Assembly (NCBI GenBank): GCA_042091395.1
Contig: JBELHN010000001.1
Span: 52,634 to 116,633 of the forward strand
DNA length: 64,000 nucleotides
From: Colwellia sp.
GTDB taxonomy: Bacteria > Pseudomonadota > Gammaproteobacteria > Enterobacterales > Alteromonadaceae
Direction of reading: 5' to 3'
Under the pieces are notes generated by a model. That model had not been told where the DNA came from, searched no databases, and saw only the letters and a list, made by a program, of their open reading frames with translations. The stretch's first letter is position 1. Each line of letters begins with the position of its first letter. The position numbers and the translations under genes were made by a program. Of this stretch, positions 9,308 through 20,464 are shown piece after piece.

Positions 9308-9739
9308 ATGAGTCTTTTCAATGTATTTAATATAACAGGTACAGGTATGAGTGCACAGTCTGTGCGCTTAAACACGACTGCCAGTAATATTGCTAATGCT
9401 GATAGTATTAGTAGCAGTGCCGATCAAACTTACCGCGCTAGGCATCCAGTATTTGCCGCTGCTATGCAAGAAGCTGCCGCAGGGCAAACATCAAACAACG
9501 GCAGTAGTGTTGGAGTAAATGTATTAGGTGTTGTTGAAAGTGATAAACCCCTTAATGTTGAATATTCACCCAATCACCCTATGGCAGACAAAGAGGGTTA
9601 CATTTATAAACCCAATGTCAATGTCATTGAGGAAATGACCAATATGATATCGGCATCACGCTCCTATCAAACTAATGTTCAATTAGCTGAGTCAGCTAAA
9701 AATATGTTGAATAAAACCCTCATGCTAGGTCAGAGATAA
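9308..9739 (+). CDS. flgC: Flagellar proximal rod protein FlgC
   Basis: Motifs SNIANADS and SRSYQTNV, in the conserved position. Confidence 0.95.
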   Translation: MSLFNVFNITGTGMSAQSVRLNTTASNIANADSISSSADQTYRARHPVFAAAMQEAAAGQTSNNGSSVGVNVLGVVESDKPLNVEYSPNHPMADKEGYIYKPNVNVIEEMTNMISASRSYQTNVQLAESAKNMLNKTLMLGQR

Positions 9740-9790
9740 TGAATAATCTTAGTTATAAGTTAAACCAAGTTCACTGCAAAGGAGTGAGTT

Positions 9791-10483
9791 ATGGAAACTG
9801 TTAAGGGCAATAACCCTCTAGAAGGGTTACGTTGGCAAAAAGAAGAATATAAGGAGGCTGAGCAAGACAAAGGTATGCTTACCCAAGCTGATTTCTTTGC
9901 ATTGTTGACCAAGGAGCTATCTAATCAAGATCCGACTAAGCCGGTAGACAACAATGAAATGATTTCGCAGATGACTGCTTTTTCAACAACAGATGGTGTG
10001 CAGAAATTAAATGCATCATTTGATAATTTCGCTACGTCGATGACCTCTAGTCAAGCATTACAAGCTTCTTCATTAGTTGGCCGCAGTGTCTTAGTTGAAG
10101 ACAATGTTTTTGGTATGGCAGAGGGTGAGGCGGTAAAAGGGAAGTTAGTTTCTGATCAAGCGGCGAGTAATGTCAACATTTATGTGGAGAATGTTGCTGG
10201 TGAAGTCATTCAGACTGTGCCAGTTGGTAATGTTGCAGCTGGCGGTGTGACTTTTACCTGGGATGGGCAAAAATCTGATGGTCAACCAGCAGCAGAAGGC
10301 GCATATCGCTTTCGTATTGTTGGCTTGGTTGCAGGTGAAGCATCTGAGCTTGAAGCCATGACTTACCGTAAAGTTGACAGCGTAACGCTAGCAGGTACTG
10401 GCGGTAACATTATGTTAAATCTCAATGGTGGTAGTTCAATGGCCTTAGCTGATGTAGTTGAAGTATCAGAGGGTGATGGTTAA
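9791..10483 (+). CDS. flgD: Hook capping/assembly protein FlgD
   Basis: FlgD N-terminal motif FLALLTKELSNQDPTKP plus a C-terminal Ig/FLgD tudor-like region. Confidence 0.9.
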   Translation: METVKGNNPLEGLRWQKEEYKEAEQDKGMLTQADFFALLTKELSNQDPTKPVDNNEMISQMTAFSTTDGVQKLNASFDNFATSMTSSQALQASSLVGRSVLVEDNVFGMAEGEAVKGKLVSDQAASNVNIYVENVAGEVIQTVPVGNVAAGGVTFTWDGQKSDGQPAAEGAYRFRIVGLVAGEASELEAMTYRKVDSVTLAGTGGNIMLNLNGGSSMALADVVEVSEGDG

Positions 10484-10619
10484 CTTTTGATCTTTGTCAA
10501 AATTGTCAAGTTACACCTTGATTACAAGTTAAACACCAAACAAATTTAAAAGCTTGACCTAGGTATTTGAAAAAAAACTAGGTGGTCGAGTTAAAGCGAA
10601 ATTATAAGAGGGTTAAATT

Positions 10620-12002
10620 ATGTCATTTAATATTGCGTTAAGCGGGTTAAACGCCGCACAAAAAGATTTAGATGTGTCATCAAATAACATTGCTAATGTT
10701 AATACCATAGGTTTTAAAGAATCTCGAGCTGAATTTGTTGATGTTTATGCAGCGTCTTTATTGGCATCAGGTAAAACTAAAGTTGGTGATGGTGTGTTAA
10801 CCGCTGACGTTGCTCAACAGTTTTCACAAGGTAGTATTCAATTTACTAATAACGCTCTGGATTTAGCTATTACTGGCAATGGTTTTTTTGCGACCGTGCC
10901 AGAACTCGGTTCACTAGAAACCTCTTATACACGAGCAGGGCAGTTTAAACTGAACGCTGATAATTTTGTGGTGAATTCTCAAGGTGGAAATCTACTGGGC
11001 TTCCCTGTAAATCCCGATGGCTCTTCAGCCTCAGTGAGTTTAAGTACTGCTGCGCCAATCCGCGTGCCAACGTCTTCAGGTGCTCCAACTAAAACTAGCG
11101 AAGTTGATGTGCGAATGAACTTACCCGCAGGTGATAGTTATATTTCTGGTGCACCAGGCAACTTTGATCCGAATGACCCATTAACTTTTAATAATTCAAC
11201 CTCAGTAACCATATTCGATTCATTGGGTGATAGCCACGTAATGACTTATTTTTTTATCAAAGATAATCCGACAACGACTCCTAATAACTGGGTCATGTTT
11301 GCTGCTGTTGATGGTAACCCTATTGACTTGGTTGATAGTAGTATTCCAGCTCCAGGTGCTACAGGTATTGTCGGTGGTGATATTTCTGGCCCCCTTGCAC
11401 CTACTGGTGTGCAAGGAGCAAGGCTAGAGTTTAATGCTTCTGGCGATTTTATCTCGCAAACACCATCCCTTGCCGATGGTGGTATTATAACCCGAGATTT
11501 TACAGGTTATTTACCTAACGGCGCCGATACCTCACAAACGGTACAAATTGATTTTAACCTTGATCCTAATGCGCCAAATCCCAATGAGCCTACTCAATTT
11601 GCCTCTAACTTTGAAGTTACTGCCTTAAATCAAGACGGTTTGGCGGTTGGTCGATTAACAGGTATTGATATTGGCACCGACGGTTTAGTTCGCGCGACAT
11701 ACAGTAATGGAACGTCGCAACCATTATCACGAATTGCCATGGTTAATTTTGCTAACGAGCAAGGCTTAACCCAAATAGGCAATACCGGCTGGAAAGAGAG
11801 TATCATCTCGGGAGAGCCCCTTGCTGGCGAAGCAGGATCTGGTACTTTTGGAACAATTAACTCTTCAGCGTTAGAGCAATCTAATGTTAATTTAACCACA
11901 GAATTAATTGATCTAATCTCAGCACAGCGAAATTTCCAAGCTAACTCTAGAGCTCTTGAGGTTGATAACCAGCTAAACCAAACAATCTTACAAATTCGAT
12001 AG
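10620..12002 (+). CDS. flgE: Flagellar hook protein FlgE
   Basis: 460 aa. N-terminus reads MSFNIALSGLNAAQKDLDVSSNNIANVNTIGFK and C-terminus reads LEQSNVNLTTELIDLISAQRNFQAN. Confidence 0.95.
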   Translation: MSFNIALSGLNAAQKDLDVSSNNIANVNTIGFKESRAEFVDVYAASLLASGKTKVGDGVLTADVAQQFSQGSIQFTNNALDLAITGNGFFATVPELGSLETSYTRAGQFKLNADNFVVNSQGGNLLGFPVNPDGSSASVSLSTAAPIRVPTSSGAPTKTSEVDVRMNLPAGDSYISGAPGNFDPNDPLTFNNSTSVTIFDSLGDSHVMTYFFIKDNPTTTPNNWVMFAAVDGNPIDLVDSSIPAPGATGIVGGDISGPLAPTGVQGARLEFNASGDFISQTPSLADGGIITRDFTGYLPNGADTSQTVQIDFNLDPNAPNPNEPTQFASNFEVTALNQDGLAVGRLTGIDIGTDGLVRATYSNGTSQPLSRIAMVNFANEQGLTQIGNTGWKESIISGEPLAGEAGSGTFGTINSSALEQSNVNLTTELIDLISAQRNFQANSRALEVDNQLNQTILQIR

Positions 12003-12055
12003 TTAGCAGGTTTTATTTATTGCCCTAAATGGTAATAAATTGTTAGTTCATTGAC

Positions 12056-12098
12056 AAAAGCTACAGCATAAAGGTCTTCTTTAACTGTAGCTTTTTTA
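12056..12098 (+). terminator. Rho-independent terminator after flgE
   Basis: An 11-bp stem AAAAGCTACAG/CTGTAGCTTTT with an 18-nt loop, followed by a T-run. Confidence 0.55.
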
Positions 12099-12200
12099 GT
12101 TTCTCGCAACACCTTTTACTATCAAACTGACTATCCCACTTCGAACTTAACTATCTATCAAATTCCCCTGAAGCTACTAACTGTATCTCGTTTTTATAGG

Positions 12201-12216
12201 TGGCACTTAATTTGCA
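12201..12216 (+). promoter_or_regulatory. Sigma-54 promoter for flgF operon
   Basis: TGGCAC-TTAAT-TTGCA, a full consensus -24/-12 box, about 30 nt upstream of the flgF ATG. Confidence 0.75.
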
Positions 12217-12246
12217 TTATCCATACATATACTTAGTTTCAGGATA

Positions 12247-12996
12247 ATGATGATGGATAAGATGCTCTATATCGCCATGAGTGGTGCTAAACAAAACATG
12301 CATGCTTTATCAATTAATGCCAATAACTTAGCCAACGCTAAAACTACCGGCTTTAAGGCTGATTTAGCACAAGCGCGCAGCATGCAAGCATACGGTGAAG
12401 GTATGCCAACCCGTGTTTTTGCGATGACAGAGCGTGCAAGCCAAAATTTTGACTCTGGTGCGATGTTACAAACGGGTAGGTCACTAGATATTGCCATTGA
12501 GGGTAGTGGCTTTTTTGCTGTGCAATCTGAAAATGGCCAAGAAGCGTATACGCGTGGTGGTCACCTAAGACTAACCGAAACCGGTGCATTAGAAACTAAC
12601 GACGGTGAATTAGTGATTGGCGACAATGGTCCCATTACTTTACCGCTACCAGTTAATAATATTCAAATTGGTCGTGATGGCACCATTATGATTCAGCCTG
12701 AAGGTGCGCCAAGTAGTATTCAAGATGAAGTAGCCCGAATTAAATTTGTTAACCCAGATACACGACTTATTGAAAAAGGTAATGATGGTTTATTTCGTGC
12801 CAAAAATGGTCAGGCATTAGCAGCTGATACGCAGGTTACTATGGTCAGTGGTGCACTAGAATCAAGTAATGTAAACCCTGTTAATGAAATGACTGAAATG
12901 ATTGCTTTGCAACGTCAATTTGAAATGCAATTGAAAATGATGAAAACCGCAGAAGAAAATGACTCAAGTGCTTCGTCATTATTGCGCGCATTCTAA
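12247..12996 (+). CDS. flgF: Flagellar rod protein FlgF
   Basis: Rod-family N- and C-terminal motifs (NNLANAKTTGFK; ESSNVNPVNEMTEMIALQRQFE). Confidence 0.95.
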   Translation: MMMDKMLYIAMSGAKQNMHALSINANNLANAKTTGFKADLAQARSMQAYGEGMPTRVFAMTERASQNFDSGAMLQTGRSLDIAIEGSGFFAVQSENGQEAYTRGGHLRLTETGALETNDGELVIGDNGPITLPLPVNNIQIGRDGTIMIQPEGAPSSIQDEVARIKFVNPDTRLIEKGNDGLFRAKNGQALAADTQVTMVSGALESSNVNPVNEMTEMIALQRQFEMQLKMMKTAEENDSSASSLLRAF

Positions 12997-13067
12997 GAAT
13001 ATTTTCATGTTTTTTAACTATTTTAAAACACCAAACACTCTAAAAATGAACACTATATAGGTGATGT

Positions 13068-13856
13068 ATGAACCCAGCATTATGGATAAGTAAAACCGGT
13101 TTAGATGCCCAAAATAAAGACATTTCGGTGATTTCTAACAATTTAGCCAATGCCAGTACTATAGGCTTCAAAAAGAGTCGCGCTGTTTTTGAAGATTTAT
13201 TATATCAAAATATCAACCAGCCTGGTGGTCGAACCGCACAAGATACTGAAGCGCCCTCTGGCTTAATGTTGGGTGCTGGTACTAAGGTAGTTGCGACCCA
13301 AAAAATTCATACCCAGGGTGACTTAATCTCCACAGATAACGCACTAGATTTGATGATTCAAGGGGAAGGCTTCTTCGAAATATTAATGCCTGATGGCAGT
13401 TCTTCTTATAGTCGTAATGGCCAGTTTACCATGGACGATGAGGGTAATATGGTTACTCCTGGTTCAGGCTATTTAGTTCAACCGCAAGTGACTATCCCAG
13501 AAGATGCGCAAAGTATTATTGTTTCTCAAGATGGCGAAGTATCGGTAACTTTGCAAGGTCAGGCTGATCCTGCTGTTGTTGGTCAAATTAATTTGATTAA
13601 TTTTGTAAACCCTACCGGCCTGCAACCTATTGGTCAAAACTTATATGCTGAAACAGCGGTGAGTGGTGCACCACAAGAAGGGGTACCTGGTCTTGAAGGC
13701 TACGGCATGATAGTACAAGGTGCTCTCGAAACATCTAACGTTAATACCACTGAAGAGTTAGTTAACTTAATTGAAAGTCAGCGTGTTTACGAAATGAACT
13801 CAAAAGTCATTTCAGCGGTAGATCAAATGCTTAGTTATATCAATCAACAACTTTAA
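13068..13856 (+). CDS. flgG: Flagellar distal rod protein FlgG
   Basis: Highly conserved FlgG sequence (MNPALWISKTGLDAQ..., ETSNVNTTEELVNLIESQRVYEMNSK). Confidence 0.95.
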   Translation: MNPALWISKTGLDAQNKDISVISNNLANASTIGFKKSRAVFEDLLYQNINQPGGRTAQDTEAPSGLMLGAGTKVVATQKIHTQGDLISTDNALDLMIQGEGFFEILMPDGSSSYSRNGQFTMDDEGNMVTPGSGYLVQPQVTIPEDAQSIIVSQDGEVSVTLQGQADPAVVGQINLINFVNPTGLQPIGQNLYAETAVSGAPQEGVPGLEGYGMIVQGALETSNVNTTEELVNLIESQRVYEMNSKVISAVDQMLSYINQQL

Positions 13857-13908
13857 AGATTAAGTGTTAACGCATCAATTGGCTCATACTCAGCAATAGG
13901 CAATATAA

Positions 13909-14655
13909 ATGAATATCTCATCTAGGTTTAACATAGCTTCCAATATTTCATTTTACGTTAGTAGTAAATGGTTAAACTGGCTTTTGCTGAGTTTGTTAGT
14001 TTGTCTAACCTCAGCGTGCAGCAATACCATTGAATTAAGTAAAGCATTGCCAAATGACCCAGATTTTGCACCTATTATGCCTGAAGAGGAAACACAACAC
14101 ATTGTGCCAACGGGGTCATTATTTAAACCACATTACGTCAATAATATTTATTCAGACTCAAAGGCACACCGTGTCGGTGACATTATCTCTGTTATTTTAA
14201 GTGAAAAAACGCAAGCTAGAAAGAATGCTAAAACGGAACTGAAAAAAGAAAATGAAACCACACTCGATGCGGTAACTGGTTTTGGTGGGGCTCCGGTAAC
14301 GGTTGACGGTAAAGCACTGCAGTTTGGTGTGAGTCAAGATTCAAATTTTAAGGGTGATTCAAAAGCAGATCAAGGTAACAGTCTAAACGGTAATATATCA
14401 GTGCATGTGTTACGTGTTTTACCCAATGGCAATTTAATGATTCGGGGTGAAAAATGGTTAACTCTCAATAATGGCGATGAATATATTCGCCTGACTGGGA
14501 TTATTCGCTCTAAAGATATTAACTCCAATAATACTATTTTATCGACAAAAGTTGCGAATGCCAGAATCCAGTACGCGGGCACGGGAAGCTTTGCCGATGC
14601 TAATGAACAAGGTTGGTTAGTCAAATTTTTCAACAGTACATGGTGGCCTTTTTAG
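13909..14655 (+). CDS. flgH: Flagellar L-ring lipoprotein FlgH
   Basis: Lipobox LTSAC plus FlgH blocks ([26 protein letters not shown]). Confidence 0.9.
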   Translation: MNISSRFNIASNISFYVSSKWLNWLLLSLLVCLTSACSNTIELSKALPNDPDFAPIMPEEETQHIVPTGSLFKPHYVNNIYSDSKAHRVGDIISVILSEKTQARKNAKTELKKENETTLDAVTGFGGAPVTVDGKALQFGVSQDSNFKGDSKADQGNSLNGNISVHVLRVLPNGNLMIRGEKWLTLNNGDEYIRLTGIIRSKDINSNNTILSTKVANARIQYAGTGSFADANEQGWLVKFFNSTWWPF

Positions 14656-14747
14656 CGGTCTTATTGACGCAGCATTTAATGAACGATCGATTATTCGCTA
14701 GGTTCATTCACACCATCAGTTGTATCTCGTTTTTTAAGGTGATTTTA

Positions 14748-15839
14748 ATGAAAGCAGCACTTCATACATTGTTAATTTTAATATTTGTTGTGGCATTGCC
14801 CAGTAATGCGCAACGTATTAAAGATTTGGCGGATGTTGCCGGCGTGCGTTCAAACCAGCTGGTTGGTTATGGCTTAGTAGTTGGTTTACCAGGCACTGGT
14901 GAACAAAGCCCTTTTACCGAGCAAAGCTTTAAAACCATGCTAAGTAATTTTGGTATTACCATGCCAGAAAACTTAAAGCCAAAAATTAAAAATGTCGCCG
15001 CTGTTGCCGTGCATGCTGAGTTAGGTGCTTTTACAAAGCCAGGACAAACTATCGATGTTACCGTTTCAAGTATGGGTAGTGCTCAAAGTTTGCGTGGTGG
15101 TACTTTGTTGCAAACTATACTAATGGGCCTAGATGGCAATGCTTATGCGGTCGCACAGGGTTCACTCGTGGTCAGCGGCTTAGGTGCGCAAGGCTTAGAT
15201 GGCTCGCAAGTCTTAGTGAATATTCCAACGGTTGGTCGTATTGCTAATGGCGCCATTGTTGAGCGTGAAGTCAAATCGCCTTTTGCTTCAGGTGATTTTA
15301 TTACGTTTAATTTACGTCACTCTGATTTTACTACCGCCAAACTGTTGTCTGACACTATTAATGAGTTAATTGATGGCTCAGCCAAGGCTATCGATGCGAC
15401 TTCTGTGCGTGTTACCGCTCCCCGTGATTTAAGTGATCGGGTGAGTTTTTTATCGGTACTTGAAAATCTTGAGTTTGAGCCAGCCTCACCGGCGGCGAGA
15501 ATTATTGTTAACTCTCGTACCGGTACCATTGTTATAGGCTCAGAAGTAAAATTGCTTGCTGCTGCAATAACTCACGGTGGTATTACAGTGACTATTAACG
15601 AAGTACAAGATGTTTCTCAACCTAACGCTTTCGCTGAGGGTGATACGGTGGTGACCAATCAATCGGCGGTTAATGTTAGTAATTCAGATGCACGTATGTT
15701 TGTTTTTAAACCTGGAGTGACGCTTGAAACGTTAGTCAGGGCCATTAACGAAGTGGGTGCGGGCCCTGGTGATGTTATGGCTATATTAGAAGCATTAGAT
15801 CAAGCTGGCGCTATTCGCGGCGAACTCATTATTATATAG
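14748..15839 (+). CDS. flgI: Flagellar P-ring protein FlgI
   Basis: A start at the internal ATG after AAGGTGA gives the signal peptide [22 protein letters not shown] followed by [25 protein letters not shown]. The longer track ORF overlaps the flgH 3' end. Confidence 0.9.
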   Translation: MKAALHTLLILIFVVALPSNAQRIKDLADVAGVRSNQLVGYGLVVGLPGTGEQSPFTEQSFKTMLSNFGITMPENLKPKIKNVAAVAVHAELGAFTKPGQTIDVTVSSMGSAQSLRGGTLLQTILMGLDGNAYAVAQGSLVVSGLGAQGLDGSQVLVNIPTVGRIANGAIVEREVKSPFASGDFITFNLRHSDFTTAKLLSDTINELIDGSAKAIDATSVRVTAPRDLSDRVSFLSVLENLEFEPASPAARIIVNSRTGTIVIGSEVKLLAAAITHGGITVTINEVQDVSQPNAFAEGDTVVTNQSAVNVSNSDARMFVFKPGVTLETLVRAINEVGAGPGDVMAILEALDQAGAIRGELIII

Positions 15840-15853
15840 GGCTGATTAACCTC

Positions 15854-16975
15854 ATGGCTGTTGATATAAATTCGAAGCACCACTTTGATCAAGCACGAAA
15901 CGCGCTTGATCTTAATGGCCTTAATGCAATTCGCCAACAATCACGTGAAAGTGATGGTGACGCTAAAAAAGCTGCATTAACTGAGGCAGCTCAGCAGTTT
16001 GAAGCTATTTTTATGAAAATGCTGTTGTCTAGTATGCGTAAAGCACAAGATGTATTAGAGTCTGACAGCCCCTTTAACTCACAATCAACAAAATTTTATC
16101 GTGATATGCACGACCAGCAAATGGCGGTTGAACTTTCTTCAAATGGCTCATTAGGCTTGACAGATTTAATTGTTAGGCAACTTGGTGGCGACAGTAACAA
16201 TTTCATGCCTAACAGTGTGTTACGTAATGATGGCAACTTGCCAAACAATTACTCTGCTAATGGCAATGGCATCAATAATAATGAACAAAGCAAGGCTGAC
16301 GAACAACATAATACACTTGTAGAAAAAATGTTGGGTCATAACCAACCAATATTGCCTGATATTGACGTGCCTTATACTGGGCAGTATCAATCGTCTGCAA
16401 CAGTCACTAATCCATTACCAATAACGTCAGCGCCTTTTAACCTCAAAACACCAGATAACCTGCAAACAGGTGTCAATAATTCAGCGCCAAGAATAGAGCA
16501 ACGTTTTGACGCCCCAAAAGATTTTGTGACTGCGTTAATTGAGCCTGCACAAAAAGTACAACAAAAATTAGGGGTGCCGTTCCAAGTAGTGATTGCTCAA
16601 GCGGCTCTTGAAACCGGTTGGGGGCAAAAAATAATTAAAGATCAACAAGGCACTAGTTCACATAATTTATTTAATATCAAAGCTGATTCTCGTTGGGCTG
16701 GCAACAAAATTACCAAAGATACCTTAGAGTTTGAACAAGGTGCCATGGTTAAAAAAGCAGAGCCGTTTAGAATGTATCAATCGTTAAATGACAGTGTTGA
16801 CGATTACATCAAATTCTTATCACAAAATGATCGTTACCAAGGTGCATTGCAAAAGGTAAACGATGTGGAACAATTTCTGCATAGTTTACAAAAAGCAGGT
16901 TATGCAACCGATCCTCAATACGCCGAAAAAATATTGGGTACCTTAAAAACGGTAACTAACCTTATTGACAAGTAA
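15854..16975 (+). CDS. flgJ: FlgJ, rod-binding domain fused to a muramidase (glucosaminidase)
   Basis: N-terminal rod-binding block (AAQQFEAIFMKMLLSSMRK). C-terminal glucosaminidase block (VIAQAALETGWG, HNLFNIKA, YATDPQYAEKI). An Asn-rich linker joins them. Confidence 0.9.
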   Translation: MAVDINSKHHFDQARNALDLNGLNAIRQQSRESDGDAKKAALTEAAQQFEAIFMKMLLSSMRKAQDVLESDSPFNSQSTKFYRDMHDQQMAVELSSNGSLGLTDLIVRQLGGDSNNFMPNSVLRNDGNLPNNYSANGNGINNNEQSKADEQHNTLVEKMLGHNQPILPDIDVPYTGQYQSSATVTNPLPITSAPFNLKTPDNLQTGVNNSAPRIEQRFDAPKDFVTALIEPAQKVQQKLGVPFQVVIAQAALETGWGQKIIKDQQGTSSHNLFNIKADSRWAGNKITKDTLEFEQGAMVKKAEPFRMYQSLNDSVDDYIKFLSQNDRYQGALQKVNDVEQFLHSLQKAGYATDPQYAEKILGTLKTVTNLIDK

Positions 16976-17089
16976 CAGCCAAACAAGGCGGCTAGTTACT
17001 TTAGACTGTAAATAACGATCAAGACCATTAGCCATATTCTGGCTTGTATAGGTTAGCGTTAACAATGTAACGCTTTAGGAGAAAATACT

Positions 17090-19126
17090 ATGACAGTAAG
17101 TTTGTACCAAACTGGTGTGAGTGGTTTATTAGCTGCTCAACAACAACTGGCAACTACCGGTCATAATATTAGTAATGTTAACACTGAGGGTTATAACCGC
17201 CAACGTGCCGAACAAAATGTATCCGTTGGTCAAGTAAACGGAGCTAACTATATTGGTGGTGGTACATACATAGAAGATATTGCTCGTCTCTATAATCAAT
17301 TCTCTTATAAAGAGCAATTGATGACTCAAAGTAAACTGAGTAACGCTAACTCCTTAAATGCTCGTTTTAGCCAACTTGATCAAGTAATGTCAAGTTCTGG
17401 GGATGCAGTGATGGGGTCGTTAGAGCAGTTTTATCAATCTTTAAATGGTGTGGCTGATAATCCTACAGATTCTGGTTTGCGCAGTATTGTGCTGAGTCAG
17501 GCAAATATTCTCAGTAATGACTTCAATGAGCTAACTAATAATTTCGTTAGCATGACCAAGGCTGTTAATGGTGAAATTGAGCAAATAGCGAGTAAAGTGT
17601 CTGAAATATCAGAAGAGATAGCCAACATTAATGAGACTATTATGCAGTCAAATGGTAATTCAGTCTCGGGGCAAGCAAATGATTTACTTGATAAACGAGA
17701 TCAACTCATTGGTGAGTTGAGTGAGTATACAAGAGTATCTACCGTTGAGGACAGTAATGGTGTATTAACTGTCATGATAGGTCAGGGAACTACCCTAGTT
17801 GCAGGCATAACCCCAATGGCATTGCAAGTTAGTGCGGGAGATCCCGATGCAATGATGACCGAATTACGCCTAGTAAGTGGCAGTAGTAGTGTTGCATTAA
17901 ATGCGTCAACATTAGGCGGTTCCCTAGCGGCAAGTGTTGAATTTAGAGATCAACACTTAATGCAAACAGGTATTGAAATTGATCGTTTAGCGATGGCAAT
18001 ATCAGCTACATTAAACGATAGTCAGGCCAGTGGTTTAGATTTAAATGGTTTACAGGGCGCTAATCTGTTTACCGATATCAACACGACACAATTACAGCAA
18101 GGTCGGGTGCAGGCCTTATCTTCAAATACAGGAACCAGTCTAGGCCAAATCTTTGTCAATGATGTGTCATTAATACCGACGGATGCATTTGAAGTGCGTT
18201 TTGATGGTACAGATTTTACATTATATAACCTTACCTCTGGAGCAACTGAAAATTTAGGTCCACCAGGCTCAGGCACTCCGGCAGGCACGCATACTCCCTC
18301 GTCACCAGATTATGGTTTTTCTTTTGTTGAGTCTGGGGTACCCGTAGCAGGTGATGTTTTTAAGGTGATACCAACTAAAAATAGTGCTGCATTGATGAAA
18401 GCAACGCTAACTGATGGCGATGCTATTGCAGCTAGTACGCCTGTTGGTGTCACCCCATCGTCCAATAATGTGAGTGATGGTAGTGTAGAAATTATTAGTG
18501 TAATAGATCCCGTTGCCGCTAGAAACTTTACTAACGCCCCGGCAAATACTGAGTTATTAGTGGATGTTTATGAAAGTTCTCCCGGGACCTTTAGTTACCG
18601 TATTTATGACGCTAATCCAGCAACACCGCCACCAACCCCTCCCTCAGTGGTTGGTGCTATTACCTCAGGGACTTTCATTGCTGGTAATACCGCTGTGATT
18701 GGTCTACCACCTGTGAATCCTGCTTTTGAAATAGAAATATCTGGGCAACCATCAGGTCAAGGGGTTCTAGCTCCAGAAAAATTTATTATAGGTGATGCCT
18801 TTGGTGTTGGTAATAGTGGTAACGCTGTACTTATGGCAAAAACTCAAGAGCTAGGTGTGACTGAAGGAGGCAATGAAACTTTTAGTAAAAGTATTGCTAT
18901 TACCACCTCAACAGTTGGCTCTAAAGCCAGTAATGCCAATATTTCTGCCGATACAGCCCAAGCACTATTTACACAGGCTTACAATCGTAATCAATCGACA
19001 TCAGGGGTGAACTTGGATGAAGAAGCAGCGAATTTACTAAAATTCCAACAAGCTTATCAGGCTGCATCGCAAGTTATATCAACAGCAAATACAATCTTCG
19101 ATACCATTTTATCGGCCGTGAGATAA
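17090..19126 (+). CDS. flgK: Hook-filament junction protein 1 FlgK
   Basis: 678 aa. N-terminus contains GLLAAQQQLATTGHNISNVNTEGY and C-terminus contains GVNLDEEAANLLKFQQAYQAASQV. Confidence 0.9.
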   Translation: MTVSLYQTGVSGLLAAQQQLATTGHNISNVNTEGYNRQRAEQNVSVGQVNGANYIGGGTYIEDIARLYNQFSYKEQLMTQSKLSNANSLNARFSQLDQVMSSSGDAVMGSLEQFYQSLNGVADNPTDSGLRSIVLSQANILSNDFNELTNNFVSMTKAVNGEIEQIASKVSEISEEIANINETIMQSNGNSVSGQANDLLDKRDQLIGELSEYTRVSTVEDSNGVLTVMIGQGTTLVAGITPMALQVSAGDPDAMMTELRLVSGSSSVALNASTLGGSLAASVEFRDQHLMQTGIEIDRLAMAISATLNDSQASGLDLNGLQGANLFTDINTTQLQQGRVQALSSNTGTSLGQIFVNDVSLIPTDAFEVRFDGTDFTLYNLTSGATENLGPPGSGTPAGTHTPSSPDYGFSFVESGVPVAGDVFKVIPTKNSAALMKATLTDGDAIAASTPVGVTPSSNNVSDGSVEIISVIDPVAARNFTNAPANTELLVDVYESSPGTFSYRIYDANPATPPPTPPSVVGAITSGTFIAGNTAVIGLPPVNPAFEIEISGQPSGQGVLAPEKFIIGDAFGVGNSGNAVLMAKTQELGVTEGGNETFSKSIAITTSTVGSKASNANISADTAQALFTQAYNRNQSTSGVNLDEEAANLLKFQQAYQAASQVISTANTIFDTILSAVR

Positions 19127-19135
19127 GGATTACCT

Positions 19136-20341
19136 ATGCGCGTCTCTACCGCACAATTTTACTTTCAAAATGCTCAACAAATTAGCAACAAATCTTCTGA
19201 TGTTAATAATCAAGTCGAATATATCTCAAGTGGAAAGCGAATTTTAACGGCAAAAGATGATGCTGTATCTTTCGGCACACTGTCTGGATATAAAGAAGAT
19301 ATGGTTAATATAGACAAGTATAAGCGTAATATCATTCAGGCTGAAAATAGAAATACTCTGCTTGAAACATCTTTTACAACAGCAGAAGGTGTTATGCAGG
19401 AGTTAAAACAACTGTTTATACAAGCAAATAACGGCACCCTCTCTGATAGTGATTTAAGTGCACTTGCTGATATCGCTAAAAATAGTCAATCTCAACTATT
19501 AGATGTGGCAAACAGTAAAGATGAGACAGGAAGCTACATTTTCTCCGGCTTTCAAGTGGAAACGGAACCTTTTTCATTGCAAGTTAATAATACAGTTAAT
19601 TACAACGGTGACAGTGGTAAGCGAGAACTCCAAATAGGTAAAAATATTAATGTTGAATTAAACCAACCTGGTGATCAGGCATTTGAAAATGTTGCTAACC
19701 CTATCGGAGATTTTGTACCAAATTACCTTACAAATGTAGGGGGGATAGCAGTTAATACTGCTGTGGTAGCTAATCCATCCAGTTATGATGAGCTAGGTTT
19801 TCCACCAAACTACACTTTTACCTTTTCAGCACCTGGTGATTTAACCGTAACTGATAATAATGGTGTTGCCGTTTATCCCACATCACCATATACACCAGGG
19901 CAAACAGTTGCCTTTAATGGCATAGAGGTTAAAATTGGCGGCAACCCATTGCCGGGTGATCAATTAGAGATATCGCCTGCAAAAACAATCAGTATATTCG
20001 ACACCATTAAATCAGCTATTGATTGGATGAACGTTGGTACAACCCCTGCAAACCCCAGCCAGCATAGTAATGACTACTCTGCAATATTGAGTCAACTGGA
20101 TGAGGCCCTGGACCACATGACTTCGGGTAGGAGTCAAGCAGGGGTTAGACTGAGCTTAATTGAGAGCCAACAGAACAATCATCTAGATCAAGAGCTTAGT
20201 ATTGCCAAGGGCAGTTCTAATATTGAAGATTTAGATTTTGCCAAAGCAATATCAACTTTTGAAAAATCAAAAGTTGCATTACAAGCCGCACAACAAACCT
20301 TCATGCAAATCAAAGACTTATCTTTATTTAATTATATTTAA
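19136..20341 (+). CDS. flgL: Hook-filament junction protein 3 FlgL
   Basis: 401 aa with flagellin-like termini, positioned directly after flgK. Confidence 0.9.
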   Translation: MRVSTAQFYFQNAQQISNKSSDVNNQVEYISSGKRILTAKDDAVSFGTLSGYKEDMVNIDKYKRNIIQAENRNTLLETSFTTAEGVMQELKQLFIQANNGTLSDSDLSALADIAKNSQSQLLDVANSKDETGSYIFSGFQVETEPFSLQVNNTVNYNGDSGKRELQIGKNINVELNQPGDQAFENVANPIGDFVPNYLTNVGGIAVNTAVVANPSSYDELGFPPNYTFTFSAPGDLTVTDNNGVAVYPTSPYTPGQTVAFNGIEVKIGGNPLPGDQLEISPAKTISIFDTIKSAIDWMNVGTTPANPSQHSNDYSAILSQLDEALDHMTSGRSQAGVRLSLIESQQNNHLDQELSIAKGSSNIEDLDFAKAISTFEKSKVALQAAQQTFMQIKDLSLFNYI

Positions 20342-20357
20342 TTAAAGTTTTTCTTGT

Positions 20358-20373
20358 TGGCATAGTTAATGCT
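20358..20373 (+). promoter_or_regulatory. Sigma-54 promoter of first flagellin gene
   Basis: TGGCAT-AGTTA-ATGCT with exact GG-N10-GC spacing, about 90 nt upstream of the ATG. Confidence 0.7.
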
Positions 20374-20464
20374 TTAAATAACATGTCAAAATTATAATGT
20401 TGTGGTTCCAAAGCAATGTGCATCAATAACAGGAGCTACTATCTAAACTTAGGAGATGATAATC

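Noticed and set aside
17055-17081. 7-bp hairpin AGCGTTA-ACAATG-TAACGCT immediately upstream of the flgK SD, considered as a regulatory element or promoter surrogate.
   Set aside because: It is a short stem in AT-rich DNA with no U-tract and no accompanying -24/-12 or sigma-28 box. Without comparative data it cannot be told apart from chance.
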